DNA of 64,000 nucleotides from Deltaproteobacteria bacterium (GCA_034670305.1 JAXMNT010000017.1:1-64000); one strand, 5' to 3'. Shown: positions 21,751 through 35,416, counted from the first letter of the stretch. A program made the numbers and translations. Notes: generated by a model from the letters alone, not told the origin.

Positions 21751-22869
21751 ATGCGCTCTGTGCGAGAAGTGCTGAAGGCGTTGATCGCGCCCTTGGAGAT
21801 TGGCGGGGCGCTCTTGGGGTGGCAGCTCGAGCGCATGTCGACGGAGCTGGGCATGCGGCTGACGTTTCGCGGGCCGGCGGGGGAGGGGCCGATCCACGTC
21901 GAGGTCGGTCCGCTTCGGGAGGGTGCGCGCTACGCCGCCAAGACCGAGCGGCTGGGGATCAGCTACCGGCGCTGTCCGGCGTTCGATCGGCAGGCGGGTG
22001 CGCTGTGTGCGGCGCTCGCCCCGCGCATCGCTCAACAGGAAGCCGCCCTCGAACGACTCCAAGATGCGAGCGCCGAGGCACGCATTCGAGACGTCGAGGT
22101 CACCCAGCTGCTCGAGCCGATGGGGGAGGGCCGCTTCTACGGACTGAGCCCGTACGTCGGGTGTCTGGTCGGTTGCAAGTTCTGCTACGCGCAGAGCCGC
22201 CTGATGGATCTGCGGACCCTGCTCGGGTTGGCGGACGTGCCGTGGGGCTCGTGGGTCGATGTGCGCGTCAACGCCGCCGAGGTGTTGCGCGCCGAGCTCC
22301 ACACGCTGCCGCCGCTGCCGATCAAGTTCTGTCCGATCGTGAGCGACCCGTACCATCCACTCGAAGCCAAGCGGCGGATCACCCGCGCGTGTCTCGAGGT
22401 GCTGCTCGAGGTCGCGCCGAGCGCGCCGGTGCTCGTCTTGACCCGCACCGCGCTTGCGCGCCGAGACTTCGATCTGCTCGCGTCGCTCAACCTCCGCCTC
22501 GGCGTCTCGCTGCCGACGCTGGACGACGAGACCCGCCAACACTTCGAACCCCGCGGCGCGCCGATCCCCGAGCGGCTCGCGCTGCTCGCAGATGCCCGGG
22601 CCGCGGGCATCGCGACCTTCGCCGTCGTGCAACCGATGCTGGAAGGTCCGAGAGAAGCGCTCGCGGACGCGCTGGCCGCGCACGTCGACAGCGTGAGCCT
22701 GGACGTGCTGCACGGAGAACAAGGCGCCGCCTCCGACTTCGACGACCCGCGCTACGCCCACACCCGAGAAGCCGGCTGGCAGCAGAACGCCGCGGGGGAA
22801 CTCGACGCCTTGCTGGAGGCGCGCGGGGTGCCGCGCTGGGCCGGTGAACTGCCCCCGGACTTGCGGTAA
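21751..22869 (+). CDS. Radical SAM protein, spore photoproduct lyase-like family
   Basis: SPYVGCLVGCKFCYA, SDPYHPLE, VLTR and FEP..A....RL motifs. Confidence 0.85.
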   Translation: MRSVREVLKALIAPLEIGGALLGWQLERMSTELGMRLTFRGPAGEGPIHVEVGPLREGARYAAKTERLGISYRRCPAFDRQAGALCAALAPRIAQQEAALERLQDASAEARIRDVEVTQLLEPMGEGRFYGLSPYVGCLVGCKFCYAQSRLMDLRTLLGLADVPWGSWVDVRVNAAEVLRAELHTLPPLPIKFCPIVSDPYHPLEAKRRITRACLEVLLEVAPSAPVLVLTRTALARRDFDLLASLNLRLGVSLPTLDDETRQHFEPRGAPIPERLALLADARAAGIATFAVVQPMLEGPREALADALAAHVDSVSLDVLHGEQGAASDFDDPRYAHTREAGWQQNAAGELDALLEARGVPRWAGELPPDLR

Positions 22870-23835
22870 CTAGGCGCTGCGGAGTTTTTCGAGGATCTTG
22901 GCGGCGGCTTTTTGAGGCGCCTTCTTTCCGACCGACGCGGCCTCGAGCAGCGGTAGCCAGCGTGGGTTGTGGGCGAAGTAGTCCTGCACGACGGGCCGGG
23001 TAGAGCGCTCGTCGAGGAAGCGCAGCATGTCGGTGGCGACGCTCTCTCCGGCGTAGGGGGAGATCGCGCGCGCGTAGTCTTCCGAGGCGTCGTCCCAGAG
23101 GTACCTGCGCATCAGCGCGTAGCCGCTCGGGCCGAACCGCTTCGCCAGGTGCAGTCCGTATTCGCCGGACCAGAACTGCCGCGCGCGTTCGCCGTTCATG
23201 ATGAGGGCGAGATCTTCTGGTTCGGTCACCGAAGCGAAGAGGTAGTTCGGTAGGTTCTCGTGGAGAGGCGCGTTCGTGACGGCCGCCTCGAAGAACGGAC
23301 GGTGATCCGGGAACAGGAAGGCGCACGCCGCCGCGATGCCGTCGGCTGCCCATTCGGTCACGACGCTTTGCGCCCATTCGAGCGCCTCGTCGTAGTCGGG
23401 CGCATGGGCGAGCAGAGTGCGCAGCCGATCGAGCAGCCAGCAGTCCGCGGCGTTGCCGGTGAGGCCGAAGATGGGGCCGCCGATCTCGAACGTGCCCGCG
23501 TGGGTGGGCAACCACGGCAGAAGCGCGATCGTCTTGCGGGCGCCGTGGTCGAAGAACCACCGGTCGGCGAGCGCGTCCGCGCGTTTTGCCATCGCCTTGC
23601 TGGGGGCGTCGATCGCGTGCTGCCAGAACGCACCGAGCACGCGGGCCTGCGCCTGCAAGAACGCGGTCTCGTCGGACGCGCCCTCGAGCGCGACGCGAAG
23701 TTTCTTCGGAACGGCGTCGCCGAGCAATTCCGCGGCGCTTGACGCGGGCGGATGCGTGACCGCGCCTTCACCGCGCATCGGAGGGACGTGGGCCCGGAGC
23801 TCCGGCCACCAGTTCATCTCGATCGACTCGTCCAT
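22870..23835 (-). CDS. Hypothetical helical protein
   Basis: Long ORF with protein-like composition; no recognised motif. Confidence 0.7.
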   Translation of the reverse strand: MDESIEMNWWPELRAHVPPMRGEGAVTHPPASSAAELLGDAVPKKLRVALEGASDETAFLQAQARVLGAFWQHAIDAPSKAMAKRADALADRWFFDHGARKTIALLPWLPTHAGTFEIGGPIFGLTGNAADCWLLDRLRTLLAHAPDYDEALEWAQSVVTEWAADGIAAACAFLFPDHRPFFEAAVTNAPLHENLPNYLFASVTEPEDLALIMNGERARQFWSGEYGLHLAKRFGPSGYALMRRYLWDDASEDYARAISPYAGESVATDMLRFLDERSTRPVVQDYFAHNPRWLPLLEAASVGKKAPQKAAAKILEKLRSA

Positions 23836-23877
23836 CCGCGATCGCTACCACCCGGAGCGCCGCATCAACAAGCCCAT

Positions 23878-24086
23878 GCCGACGCCGATGCCGAAGCCGA
23901 TGCCGATGCCGAAGCCGATGCCGAAGCCGATGCCGAAGCCGATGCCGAAGCCGATGCCGATGCCGATGCCGAAGCCGATGCCGAAGCCGATGCCGAAGCC
24001 GATGCCGAAGCCGATGCCGAAGCCGATGCCGAAGCCGATGCCGAAGCCGATGCCGAAGCCGATGCCGATGCCGATGCCGCCGACGC
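23878..24086 (+). repeat. Hexamer array (GCCGAT/GCCGAA)n
   Basis: Visible tandem repeat. Confidence 0.95.
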
Positions 24087-24104
24087 TCACGCGGGACCGT
24101 TTTT

Positions 24105-24866
24105 GTGGGAGGGTGGGCAGCCGTGTTGTTTTGGCATCCGGAGACCGCTGTGTTGGCGACCTGCTCGGTTCCGTCCGGCGGGTGTGTGATCGCGGGGGCG
24201 GAGGCGTTGGACGAGATTCTGGCGGACGTTCGCGCCGATGCGGAGTCGGCGGTCGCGGTGCTGGATCACGACATGGAATCGGTCGGGTTGCTTCGGGCTT
24301 CGGAACGGACGGTTCGGGTGTTGGGGCGGCCGAGCGATGCGCCGTTTCAGCGCTGGGGGGCGCTGTACGTGGTCTGCCGGGAAGGCGTGCCGGCGCGCCA
24401 GCGCCCGCTGGGCGACGTCACCGTGGACAGTGCGGCGTTGGTGGTCCTCGACGAGGCGGCGTGGCGCGCGCCTCGGGTCGAGCCGGCGCTTTGCGACGTG
24501 CAGGTGTGGGGGCGCGATGCGGCGGCGGTGGCAGGGCGGCTGGGGGTGCCGGCCTTGGCCGGCGAGGGTGCGCTCTTCGGGGTGGAGGATCTGTCGGTGG
24601 CCGACGCGAACGCGGAGGTGGCCCGCATCCTGGCGGCGAAACGTTTCTGGCACGGGCTGCGGTGCGAGGCGCAGCCGCACACCTGGGCGCACCTCTGCAT
24701 GCGGGGCGCGCGGCAAGGTCGGACCGAGGTCGTTTTGGGGGATGCGACGGCGGTGGTGGTAGGCGTGCACCAGGATGGAACGTGGCCGGTCTACGCGGTG
24801 GAGGACGAAGCGGGCGCGGTCCTTGGAATGACACTGGTGCTGGAGCAGCAGGAACGTGTCGAGTGA
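24105..24866 (+). CDS. Hypothetical protein
   Basis: Protein-like composition; C-terminal DGTWPVYA; start uncertain. Confidence 0.6.
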   Translation: MGGWAAVLFWHPETAVLATCSVPSGGCVIAGAEALDEILADVRADAESAVAVLDHDMESVGLLRASERTVRVLGRPSDAPFQRWGALYVVCREGVPARQRPLGDVTVDSAALVVLDEAAWRAPRVEPALCDVQVWGRDAAAVAGRLGVPALAGEGALFGVEDLSVADANAEVARILAAKRFWHGLRCEAQPHTWAHLCMRGARQGRTEVVLGDATAVVVGVHQDGTWPVYAVEDEAGAVLGMTLVLEQQERVE

Positions 24867-24870
24867 TCGC

Positions 24871-25287
24871 ATGACCGGCACGACGTTGCGGGTGTTCGCG
24901 CTCTCGCTCCTTGGGGGCTGCTATCTCTCAGCGTCGTTCGGGGACGATGCACCCGCGGAGCCGTTCGGCGTGTTCACGTTCGAGTCGTGTACCGGGTCGG
25001 GCATCTTCGAGATGATCACGCTCTGTGAGGACGGCCGCGCCGCGACGCGGGCCGGCGCGGTGGGCGAGGACGGCCGGGTGGACACTGCGGGGTGGCGCGA
25101 CGCGGCGGGCGGCGTGGAGGTCCGTGCGCTGCGGGGCGGGCTCTGGTCGCTCACCTGGAACGAGACGCGCGGAACCTGGTGCCGCGAAGACCCCATCGAC
25201 GAGTGCGCACGTTGCGCGCTCACCCTGGACGAGGTGTCCGCCGAACTTCGACCACTCGCGGACGCGATGACCTGCGACCTGCTCTGA
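24871..25287 (+). CDS. Hypothetical lipoprotein
   Basis: Lipobox LLGGC; Cys-rich. Confidence 0.65.
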   Translation: MTGTTLRVFALSLLGGCYLSASFGDDAPAEPFGVFTFESCTGSGIFEMITLCEDGRAATRAGAVGEDGRVDTAGWRDAAGGVEVRALRGGLWSLTWNETRGTWCREDPIDECARCALTLDEVSAELRPLADAMTCDLL

Positions 25288-25293
25288 GAGGCC

Positions 25294-26241
25294 CTAGGGC
25301 GTGGAACCTCTGGGCTGCCTCCCGGTCACGACCGCTTCGTAGTGCCGCGGCATCGGGCCGACCGAGTGGACCCTCAACGACCCATCGCTGCCAATCCTCC
25401 CGCGCACGAATGAATGACGTTCGACTCGGAGGGCACTGGCGGCGGTCTCCGGCGTGAAGAAGAGCCGGAGGTGGTGGCCCCGCTCGGTGGATGTACAGCT
25501 CGCGTGCATCTGGACGACCACGTCGGCAGGGACTCGGTTCACGGGCGGGTGGGCGGCGTCGACCCGCTGAGGTCTCAAGCCCGCGGCGACGACGCAGAGC
25601 TGTTCGGTACCGACGTGGCGGGCCCAGTGGGCGAAGTCGAACCCGGGGTGCACTTCGATCTGTGCCGGCTCCATCTCTGGGGGGCGCCTGCGTTCGCGAC
25701 AGCAACGCGACGGCGGCTGGGTGGGGTCGTTGTCTCCCTCGAGCTGGACGCGGTGGACGCCGACGTACTCGGTGTTGGGGGTCTCGCCGCGCGGGTCGAG
25801 GCCGACGACCCGGACCCTGAGCTGGGTTTCGATGTCGGGGGCCCAACGGTCGCGCTCGGAGGCCACGATGGTCTCGGCATCCGGCGGGAGGGCGACGACG
25901 ATCGCGACGGCGTCGCCTCCCGCGCGGCGCCGGCAGGTCACCGTGCAGGTCGGCCGGGTGGCGAGGGTCGGGTGGAGGAAGCGCGCTTCTGGAGGTTGGC
26001 GGGTCACCCGCGTGACCACACACATCCGCACCTGGCCGACGTGGGCGTCCGGCTCGGTGATCGTTCGCCAGAAGTCGAAGGGCTCTGCGGGTTCTCCCGG
26101 CGCCGGCGGCAACGTGGGGCCGGCTGTCTGAGGCGAAGCGACGGGCGGGGGTGAAGGCGGTAGAGGCACGGCGGCGGGTGCGCTCTCGCCACACGCACAC
26201 AGCAGCACGATGCCGGCCGCCACTCGGATGCTCTCTCCCAC
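25294..26241 (-). CDS. Hypothetical lipoprotein with a duplicated unknown domain
   Basis: LLCAC lipobox, Pro linker; resembles 6159-7043. Confidence 0.7.
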   Translation of the reverse strand: MGESIRVAAGIVLLCACGESAPAAVPLPPSPPPVASPQTAGPTLPPAPGEPAEPFDFWRTITEPDAHVGQVRMCVVTRVTRQPPEARFLHPTLATRPTCTVTCRRRAGGDAVAIVVALPPDAETIVASERDRWAPDIETQLRVRVVGLDPRGETPNTEYVGVHRVQLEGDNDPTQPPSRCCRERRRPPEMEPAQIEVHPGFDFAHWARHVGTEQLCVVAAGLRPQRVDAAHPPVNRVPADVVVQMHASCTSTERGHHLRLFFTPETAASALRVERHSFVRGRIGSDGSLRVHSVGPMPRHYEAVVTGRQPRGSTP

Positions 26242-26288
26242 GATCGAACCATACGATGGATGGGGGTTGCGCTGCCTTGGGCGCCACC

Positions 26289-26320
26289 AAAAGAAAACCC
26301 CGTCGACGAGTCGACGGGGC
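26289..26320 (-). terminator. Terminator of the tRNA pair
   Basis: CCCCGTCGAC-TC-GTCGACGGGG followed by TTTTCTTTT on the minus strand. Confidence 0.85.
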
Positions 26321-26323
26321 GGG

Positions 26324-26398
26324 TGGTGACCCCAAGGGGATTTGAACCCCTATTACCGGCGTGAGAGGCCGATGTCCTAACCATTAGACGATGGGGCC
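26324..26398 (-). tRNA. tRNA-Glu(CTC)
   Basis: Cloverleaf GGCCCCA...CT-CTC-AC...GGTTCAAATCC...TGGGGTCACCA, with encoded CCA. Confidence 0.96.
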
Positions 26399-26429
26399 AG
26401 GGTCGTGAGCGTGCGCAGTGAATGCGCGG

Positions 26430-26500
26430 CTCGGGGACTAGGATTCGAACCTAGATAACCAGAACCAGAATCTGGTGTCCTGCCGTTAGACGATCCCCGA
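26430..26500 (-). tRNA. tRNA-Gln(CTG)
   Basis: TCGGGGA...CCAGA-TT-CTG-GT-TCTGG...GGTTCGAATCC...TCCCCGAG; CCA not encoded. Confidence 0.95.
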
Positions 26501-26556
26501 ACGTTCAAGTGAACGCCCCCGGCAAACCGACGAATCGGTGTCCCGAAGGGTTGGCA

Positions 26557-27833
<1,277 letters not shown>

Positions 27834-27834
<1 letters not shown>

Positions 27835-28667
27835 TGGACATCCTCAAAGACCAGAAGAGCTTCGGCGGCCGGCAAGTCCGCGCCAAACACACGGCGCTCT
27901 GTGGCTCGATGGAGGTCTCGGTGTACCTGCCGCCGGAAGACAAACTTCCTGCGCCCGCCGTGTACTTTCTCTCCGGGCTGACCTGCACGCCGGAGAACTT
28001 CACCGCGAAGGCCGGCGCGCAGCGCATCGCGTCGGAGCTCGGACTCATCGTGGTCGCGCCGGACACGAGCCCGCGCGGCGCGCACATCGAGGGCCAAGAC
28101 GAGAGCTACGACTTCGGGGCCGGCGCGAGCTTCTACGTCGACGCGACCGAGGCGCCTTGGTCGAGCCAGTACTCGATGTACACGTACATCCAGCACGAGT
28201 TGCCGATCGCGATCGACGCGGCGTTCGAAACTCGGCACGGCGAACGCAGCATCATGGGCCACTCGATGGGCGGTCACGGCGCGCTGGTCTGTGGACTGCG
28301 CGAACCGGATGCGTGGCACTCGATCTCCGCGTTCTCGCCGATCTGTGCGCCCTCGCAGGTGCCGTGGGGCAAGAAGGCGTTCACCGGGTACATCGGCACC
28401 GACGAGTCCACGTGGCGACGCTACGACGCCACCGAGCTGGTGCAGCGGCCTCACCGAGCGAAGATCCTGATCGACCAGGGGCTCGACGACGAGTTCCTCG
28501 CCGAGCAGCTCAAGCCCGAACTGTTCGAGGCTGTGTGTCAGAAGCATGGACAGCCGCTCGAGCTCCGAAAGCACGCGGGCTACGACCACAGCTACTACTT
28601 CATCGCCAGCTTCCTGGAAGACCACCTGCGCCACCACGCCCGGCATCTCCTCGGGGTCGTGGGCTAG
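27834..28667 (+). CDS. fghA: S-formylglutathione hydrolase
   Basis: LSGLTC, PDTSPRG, GHSMGGHG and GYDHSYYF motifs; TGATG overlap with frmA. Confidence 0.96.
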
Positions 28668-28838
28668 TTCTTCGCGCGTCGGTTGTCGTCGTCGTCGGCG
28701 GCGGCGGTTAAGCAGAAGGACCCAACTTTTGGGTGGTGCGCTCGCATCTGGCGCACAGGATTTGATACGTTCGTGGTGAGGGGTGCGGGGCGAGTGCGTG
28801 GGTGACCGCGCACAGCGGGCCTGCTAGGTGGGACATTC

Positions 28839-30190
<1,352 letters not shown>

Positions 30191-30194
<4 letters not shown>

Positions 30195-30481
30195 GGCACC
30201 CAGCGAAAGCGTTTCAGGTCCACCCGGCCGCGTTCGCTGAACGCCACGCCTTCCGCTTCGAGGCGCTCCCGCTGCTTCGACTGGGGTCCCAGGCTGCACG
30301 CGCCTTGGGCGTTGATCACCCGATGCCACGGCACGTCCTCGACTTCGAGCGCGTGTAGGGCGTACCCGATCTGTCTTGGCCCACTGGCGTCCGCCAAGAC
30401 CGCCACTTGTCCATACGTCGCGACTTGGCCGCGCGGGATGCGCCGCACCACCGCGTAGATCCGTTCGTAGACTTCGCTCAA
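30191..30481 (-). CDS. Alkyltransferase-like (MGMT family, Atl/YbaZ)
   Basis: IPRGQVATYGQVA and VPWHRVIN (Trp replaces the catalytic Cys); TTG start inferred. Confidence 0.88.
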
Positions 30482-30495
30482 GCGGCGCGTCGTCG

Positions 30496-31704
30496 CTAGA
30501 GCCCGAAGCCGTCGTGCAGCACGCGCACCGCGAGCTCGGCGTACTTCGCCCGGATCAGACACGAGGTCTTGATCTCACTCGTGGAGATGGCCTCGATGTT
30601 GATCCCCTCGTCCGCGAGGAGCCGGAACATGCGCGCGGCGACGCCGGCGTGGCTGCGCATGCCGAGACCCACGATGCTGACCTTCACGACGTCCGCGTCC
30701 ACGGTGACCTCGCCGCCGCCCACCTTTTCCGTGATGGCGATCGCGAGTTCGCGGGTCCGTTCGATGTCTTCGCGCGACACCGTGAACGTCAGATCGGTGT
30801 TCCCGTTGGTCGCGACGTTCTGGATGATCATGTCGACCGAGATGTTGGCGTCGGCCAGCGGCTCGAAGATGCCGGCGCAGACACCCGGGGTGTCGGGCAC
30901 GTTGCGCATCGTGACCTTCGCCGCGTTCTTGTCCGAAGTGACCCCTGCCACCACGACCGACTCGAGGGACTCGTCTTCACCCGTCACCATGGTTCCCTCC
31001 GCATCTGAGAAACTGGACCGCACATGGATCGGTACCGCGTACTTCATCGCGAGTTCGACCGACCGGATCTGAAGCACCTTCGCCCCGAGCGAGGCCAACT
31101 CGAGCATCTCTTCGTACGAGATGCGCGCCACCTTGCGGGCGTTCGGGCAGACGTTCGGGTCGGCGGTGTAGACCCCGTCGACGTCCGTGTAGATCTCGCA
31201 GACGTCCGCACGCGCCGCCGCAGCGATCGCCACCGCCGACGTGTCGGAACCGCCGCGCCCAAGGGTCGTGATGTTGCCGTGCACATCCATGCCCTGGAAA
31301 CCCGCGACCACCACGACGAACCCGTCGGCGATCGCCCTTCGAAGCCGTTCGTCGTCCACTCGGGTGATGCGCGCTTTGGTGTGCACGCTGTCGGTTTCGA
31401 TCCGCGCCTGGTGGCCCATCAAACTCATCGCGGGCACGCCGTGTTCGCCGAGCGCCAGGCAGAGCAGGGCGGCGCTCACCTGTTCGCCGCTCGAGACGAG
31501 CACGTCCATCTCGCGTTCGACCGGGCGCTGGCTCAACTCGCGGCCGAGCGTCAGCAGACGGTCGGTCTCGCCGGCCATCGCACTGACGACCGCGATGACG
31601 TCGTGGCCTTCGGCCCGCGTCCGCGCGATGCGGCGCGCCACGTTCTGGATCCGGTCGACCGATCCGACACTCGTCCCGCCGTACTTCTGAACATAGAGCG
31701 TCAC
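30496..31704 (-). CDS. lysC: Aspartate kinase
   Basis: [32 protein letters not shown], two ACT domains, ISTSEIK. Confidence 0.97.
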   Translation of the reverse strand: MTLYVQKYGGTSVGSVDRIQNVARRIARTRAEGHDVIAVVSAMAGETDRLLTLGRELSQRPVEREMDVLVSSGEQVSAALLCLALGEHGVPAMSLMGHQARIETDSVHTKARITRVDDERLRRAIADGFVVVVAGFQGMDVHGNITTLGRGGSDTSAVAIAAAARADVCEIYTDVDGVYTADPNVCPNARKVARISYEEMLELASLGAKVLQIRSVELAMKYAVPIHVRSSFSDAEGTMVTGEDESLESVVVAGVTSDKNAAKVTMRNVPDTPGVCAGIFEPLADANISVDMIIQNVATNGNTDLTFTVSREDIERTRELAIAITEKVGGGEVTVDADVVKVSIVGLGMRSHAGVAARMFRLLADEGINIEAISTSEIKTSCLIRAKYAELAVRVLHDGFGL

Positions 31705-31741
31705 AGCGCGCGAATGATACGAGCGCGACGCGTCGCGTCAA

Positions 31742-32161
31742 TCAGTCCTCGTCTTCGGCGTCCTCTTCGACTTCGGGCTCGGGCTCGGGCTCGGGCGGCG
31801 GGGGAAGGGGGGTGCCGTACTCTTCGCGGAGTTTGCGCTGGAGTTTGTCGAGCACCATGCGCTCGATGTAGGAGGGCATCGCGGGAATGTGCACGGTCAC
31901 CCGAACGGTCTCCCGGCGGTTCTCCATGCCGCGCACGAGCTCCATCGACCCGGGATGCGAACGGCCGCCTTCCACGTAGTCGAACATCACGAAGCCGATC
32001 TCAGGGTCGCGATCGTGGAGTGGAAACCCGTAGTCCACCCGCAAGAGCCGGACCGCGGAGCGCCAGACCTGCTCGTACCGATAGGCGTGGGTGTCGCTTC
32101 GGCGCGCAGCCGCCGGAAGCGAGAGGGTGAGTACGAGCGCGAGCGCGATGAGGTACCGCAT
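31742..32161 (-). CDS. Hypothetical exported protein
   Basis: Signal peptide MRYLIALALVLTLSLPAAA; GGAG RBS; Pro/Glu tail. Confidence 0.75.
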   Translation of the reverse strand: MRYLIALALVLTLSLPAAARRSDTHAYRYEQVWRSAVRLLRVDYGFPLHDRDPEIGFVMFDYVEGGRSHPGSMELVRGMENRRETVRVTVHIPAMPSYIERMVLDKLQRKLREEYGTPLPPPPEPEPEPEVEEDAEDED

Positions 32162-32243
32162 GTCTCCACCTGGCCCATGTCCCCGTCCCGAGTCCAGTTT
32201 CTGGTGCACGCAACCTGGGGGCCGGATCGCCGAGGAGGGCTCC

Positions 32244-32690
32244 ATGTCGGACCCGTTGCCTCGGAGCGCACCCATCCCCGTGCTCGCGCTGCTCGTCGCG
32301 ACCATGGCCCTGGTGGCGCTGGGGCGAAGCCGGGTTCGGCCTCCGCCGGTCGTTCGATCGGTGCCGGTGCCGAGCCCGACGAAGGCCGCCGTGGCCCTGC
32401 GGGAGGGCGGCACGATCGACCTCAACGCGTCGTCGGCCGAAGAACTCCAGCTCCTGCCTCGGATCGGACCGGCCCTTTCGGCGCGGATCGTCGCAGCCCG
32501 ACCGTTCGCATCGCTGGAGGATCTGACCCGGGTTCGGGGCATCGGGGCGCGCACGTTGGAGCGGTTGCGGCCCCGTTTGTCGCCGATTGTGCCTTCTGAG
32601 CCTCGTCCTGGGGTGCCGGGCGGGGAGGCGTCCAGGTTGCGCGAGGGCGGCCCCCCCGCTACCAAGATGCCGAGGCGCGAACCTCCGTGA
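32244..32690 (+). CDS. comEA: ComEA-family helix-hairpin-helix DNA-binding protein
   Basis: IDLNASSAEELQLLPRIGP and LTRVRGIG; N-terminal TM segment; GGAGG RBS. Confidence 0.85.
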   Translation: MSDPLPRSAPIPVLALLVATMALVALGRSRVRPPPVVRSVPVPSPTKAAVALREGGTIDLNASSAEELQLLPRIGPALSARIVAARPFASLEDLTRVRGIGARTLERLRPRLSPIVPSEPRPGVPGGEASRLREGGPPATKMPRREPP

Positions 32691-32715
32691 AGGAGGCGTA
32701 CCCGGAGGAGCGCAG

Positions 32716-33975
32716 ATGAAGCGATTGACTTGGATTTGTGCGTTGGCCTTGGCGGCCACCGCGTGTGGGGATGACGATGCGGGCGGCGTGGATGCGGGTG
32801 GCGTGGACGCCCCCGGTGTCGATGCACCCGGAGCAGACACCCCCGAGCGGCCGGACACCGGCCCCTGCACCATGGTGGCGGACGAGGGCACCCCGGCCCT
32901 CTGCGACGACGGCTGCGACAACGACGGCGACGGCTTCACCGACTGCATGGACTTTGGCTGCGACGGCGTGGGCGCGTGCGGCGTGATGACCTGTGAGACC
33001 GAAGGTCCCGAGGACACGATGGAAGCCTGCACCGACGGCTGCGACAACGACCGCAACGGCTTCGCCGACTGCGACGACTTCAGCTGCCAGGCGCTCGCGG
33101 TCTGCCCGAGCGAAGCGACCAACCGCACCTGCTCCGATGGCATCGACAACGACGACAACGGCTTCATCGACTGTGCGGACTTCAGCTGCCAGATGGACGA
33201 CGAAGGCCTCGCGGTCTGCGTGCGCGAGAACAGCAACGCGGCCTGCAGCGACGGCATCGACAACGATGGGGACGGCGACACCGACTGCGACGACGACGGC
33301 TGCAGCATGCGCGAGCACATCGTGGTCTGCGGCGAGGGCGCCGTGACGGATCCCTCCATGTGGGAAGCGGCCGTGCGTGAGCGCTGCAGCGACGGAATCA
33401 ACAACGACGGCGACGTCAGCGCGATGGACGTGCCCTTCACGGACTGTGGCGACTTCGACTGCACCGGTGCGTTCGAGAGCGACGTCTGCCTCGACCTGCC
33501 GCGCGAGACCGGCAACGGCCGCTGCAGCGACGGAATCGACAACGACATGGACGGCCTCATCGACTGCGACGACGGCAACTGCCAGGGCGAAGCCATGGTC
33601 GTGTGCGTCGACGGCGAGGCGGTGGAACTCACCGACGAAGAGATCACCGCCGCGGCGAACCCGCTTTGCAGCGATGAGATCAACAACGACATGTCCGACA
33701 GCGACACGCGCGCGGACTGCATGGACTTCGACTGCTCGCTCGACCCGCTCGTCACCGTCTGCATGGAAGAGACCGGCGACGAGGCGTGCAGCGACGGGAT
33801 CGACAACGACGACGACGGCTTCGTCGACTGCGCCGACTTCAGCTGCAACCGCAGCACCTTCGTCACTGTCTGTGAGACCACGTCGGCGCTCTGCGACGAC
33901 AACATCGACAACGACGGAAACGGCTTCAAGGACTGCAACGATCGCAACTGCGAGAACACCGCGGCCTGTCGCTGA
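32716..33975 (+). CDS. Lipoprotein made of nine Cys/Asp-rich CSDGIDNDxDGxxDC repeats
   Basis: Lipobox ATAC; GGAGGAG RBS; repeats visible in the translation. Confidence 0.88.
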   Translation: MKRLTWICALALAATACGDDDAGGVDAGGVDAPGVDAPGADTPERPDTGPCTMVADEGTPALCDDGCDNDGDGFTDCMDFGCDGVGACGVMTCETEGPEDTMEACTDGCDNDRNGFADCDDFSCQALAVCPSEATNRTCSDGIDNDDNGFIDCADFSCQMDDEGLAVCVRENSNAACSDGIDNDGDGDTDCDDDGCSMREHIVVCGEGAVTDPSMWEAAVRERCSDGINNDGDVSAMDVPFTDCGDFDCTGAFESDVCLDLPRETGNGRCSDGIDNDMDGLIDCDDGNCQGEAMVVCVDGEAVELTDEEITAAANPLCSDEINNDMSDSDTRADCMDFDCSLDPLVTVCMEETGDEACSDGIDNDDDGFVDCADFSCNRSTFVTVCETTSALCDDNIDNDGNGFKDCNDRNCENTAACR

Positions 33976-33994
33976 ACGCTGATAGGGTTTGCGC

Positions 33995-35416
33995 ATGACG
34001 CGAACCACCGACGAGACGGCGCTTCCCCCTGAGGGCGGCGCCGTTTCTCGTTCTGTGGTGTCTGGGTGGTGTGGTCGCGCGATCTGGCTGTTCCTGCTGA
34101 CGGCGTCCGTAGCGTGTGGGGCCCGGACGCCTTTGAACGTCTCCAGCGCGCCCGTGCGCGATGCGGCGCCGGAAGACGGCCCGCTCGATGCGCCGACGCG
34201 ACCGGACGCGGGGACCGACGCGGGCCCCGCACTTCCGACGTGCCGCATGCGCCCCGAGCGGCCCGGCACCATCCGCTGGTCGACCCGCTCGGAGGAACTC
34301 CAGGGCCAAGGCGGCTTCACCGAGTCTGGCGACGTCGTGCTGCCTGTCGCTGGACGGGAGCCCGGTGCGATCGAACTGGCTGCGTTCGATCGATGCACGG
34401 GCGCGCACCTGTGGCAGACGCCGATGGTGCCCGCGTCTTCGGGACAAGCCCATCCCGTGGTGCGCCGCTTGGCCGGCGGGGAACTGCTCGTGACGAACGC
34501 GCTCGGGGCCATCGTGCGGTACGGCGTGTGGTCCTTCGAGCCGGACGGGACGGTGCGTCCGGCGCCGCTCGCGATGGAGCGGCTCTTCGGCTTCTATGGG
34601 ATCGCGGGTGGCGGCCGTGGCGGACCGGTGGTGCGGGTGGCGACCGACCCGGCGCGGCTCGAGCGCTACGACTCGGACTTCAACCTGGTCTCTGCCTTCG
34701 ACGACCCACCGCGCGCCGAGGAGTGTGCCATCGCCGTCGACCAGGTGGTCTGCTTCGACGGGGTGTTCGACCTCGAGACTGGCGCGCCGGTCTGGGCCAG
34801 TGACCGCACCGAGATCCTAGACGGCACGTTCCGACACGTGGTCGGCCCCGCGGTCGGGCGCGAGACCCTGTACGCGGCGATCTACGGCATCTCCACCTAC
34901 GACCTGGTCGCCCGCGATCTGACGACCGGACGTCAATTGTTCCGGGTCCCGCTCATGCGCACGAACCGTGGCCAGACCGACCTGCGGATCGGTGCCCCGG
35001 TGCTCGGCCCGGATGGCACCATTTACGTCTACGTGAATGGCCACCGCGAAGGGGTGGCGCACACGGGGGAGCTCGTGGCCTTCGCGCCGGATGGCGCCGA
35101 GCGCTGGCGCCATGTGCAGAACGCCACGCGACAGGAGTTCTTCCGGCACGCGACCCATCTGGTCGGGAACGCCGGTCTGGTCTACCTCGCGGTGGGCACC
35201 ACGGTGACGGCGCTCGACGCGGTCAGCGGCGAGATGCGCTGGCAATCGGCGGGCGGGGTGCAGAACACGCCAGGGTTGAGCATGAACCGCGCGGGCGAGC
35301 TGCTGCTTCGCACCGACGCGGGCGTCGGCCAGTTGATCGTCACCGAGTCGACCGGACTCGCAGCGAGCCCCTGGCCCTCGCGCTGGGGCGACCATCTCCA
35401 GCGCAACGCGCGCTAG
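33995..35416 (+). CDS. PQQ-like beta-propeller lipoprotein
   Basis: VACGART lipobox; TG..LW and DG..RW blade motifs; true start may lie slightly downstream. Confidence 0.75.
   Translation: MTRTTDETALPPEGGAVSRSVVSGWCGRAIWLFLLTASVACGARTPLNVSSAPVRDAAPEDGPLDAPTRPDAGTDAGPALPTCRMRPERPGTIRWSTRSEELQGQGGFTESGDVVLPVAGREPGAIELAAFDRCTGAHLWQTPMVPASSGQAHPVVRRLAGGELLVTNALGAIVRYGVWSFEPDGTVRPAPLAMERLFGFYGIAGGGRGGPVVRVATDPARLERYDSDFNLVSAFDDPPRAEECAIAVDQVVCFDGVFDLETGAPVWASDRTEILDGTFRHVVGPAVGRETLYAAIYGISTYDLVARDLTTGRQLFRVPLMRTNRGQTDLRIGAPVLGPDGTIYVYVNGHREGVAHTGELVAFAPDGAERWRHVQNATRQEFFRHATHLVGNAGLVYLAVGTTVTALDAVSGEMRWQSAGGVQNTPGLSMNRAGELLLRTDAGVGQLIVTESTGLAASPWPSRWGDHLQRNAR

Noticed and set aside
23878-24086. 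Hexamer arrays as CRISPR arrays
   Set aside because: 6-bp period with no unique spacers, and no cas genes in the window
26324-26500. tRNA-anchored integrative element
   Set aside because: No integrase and no duplicated tRNA 3' end seen in the window
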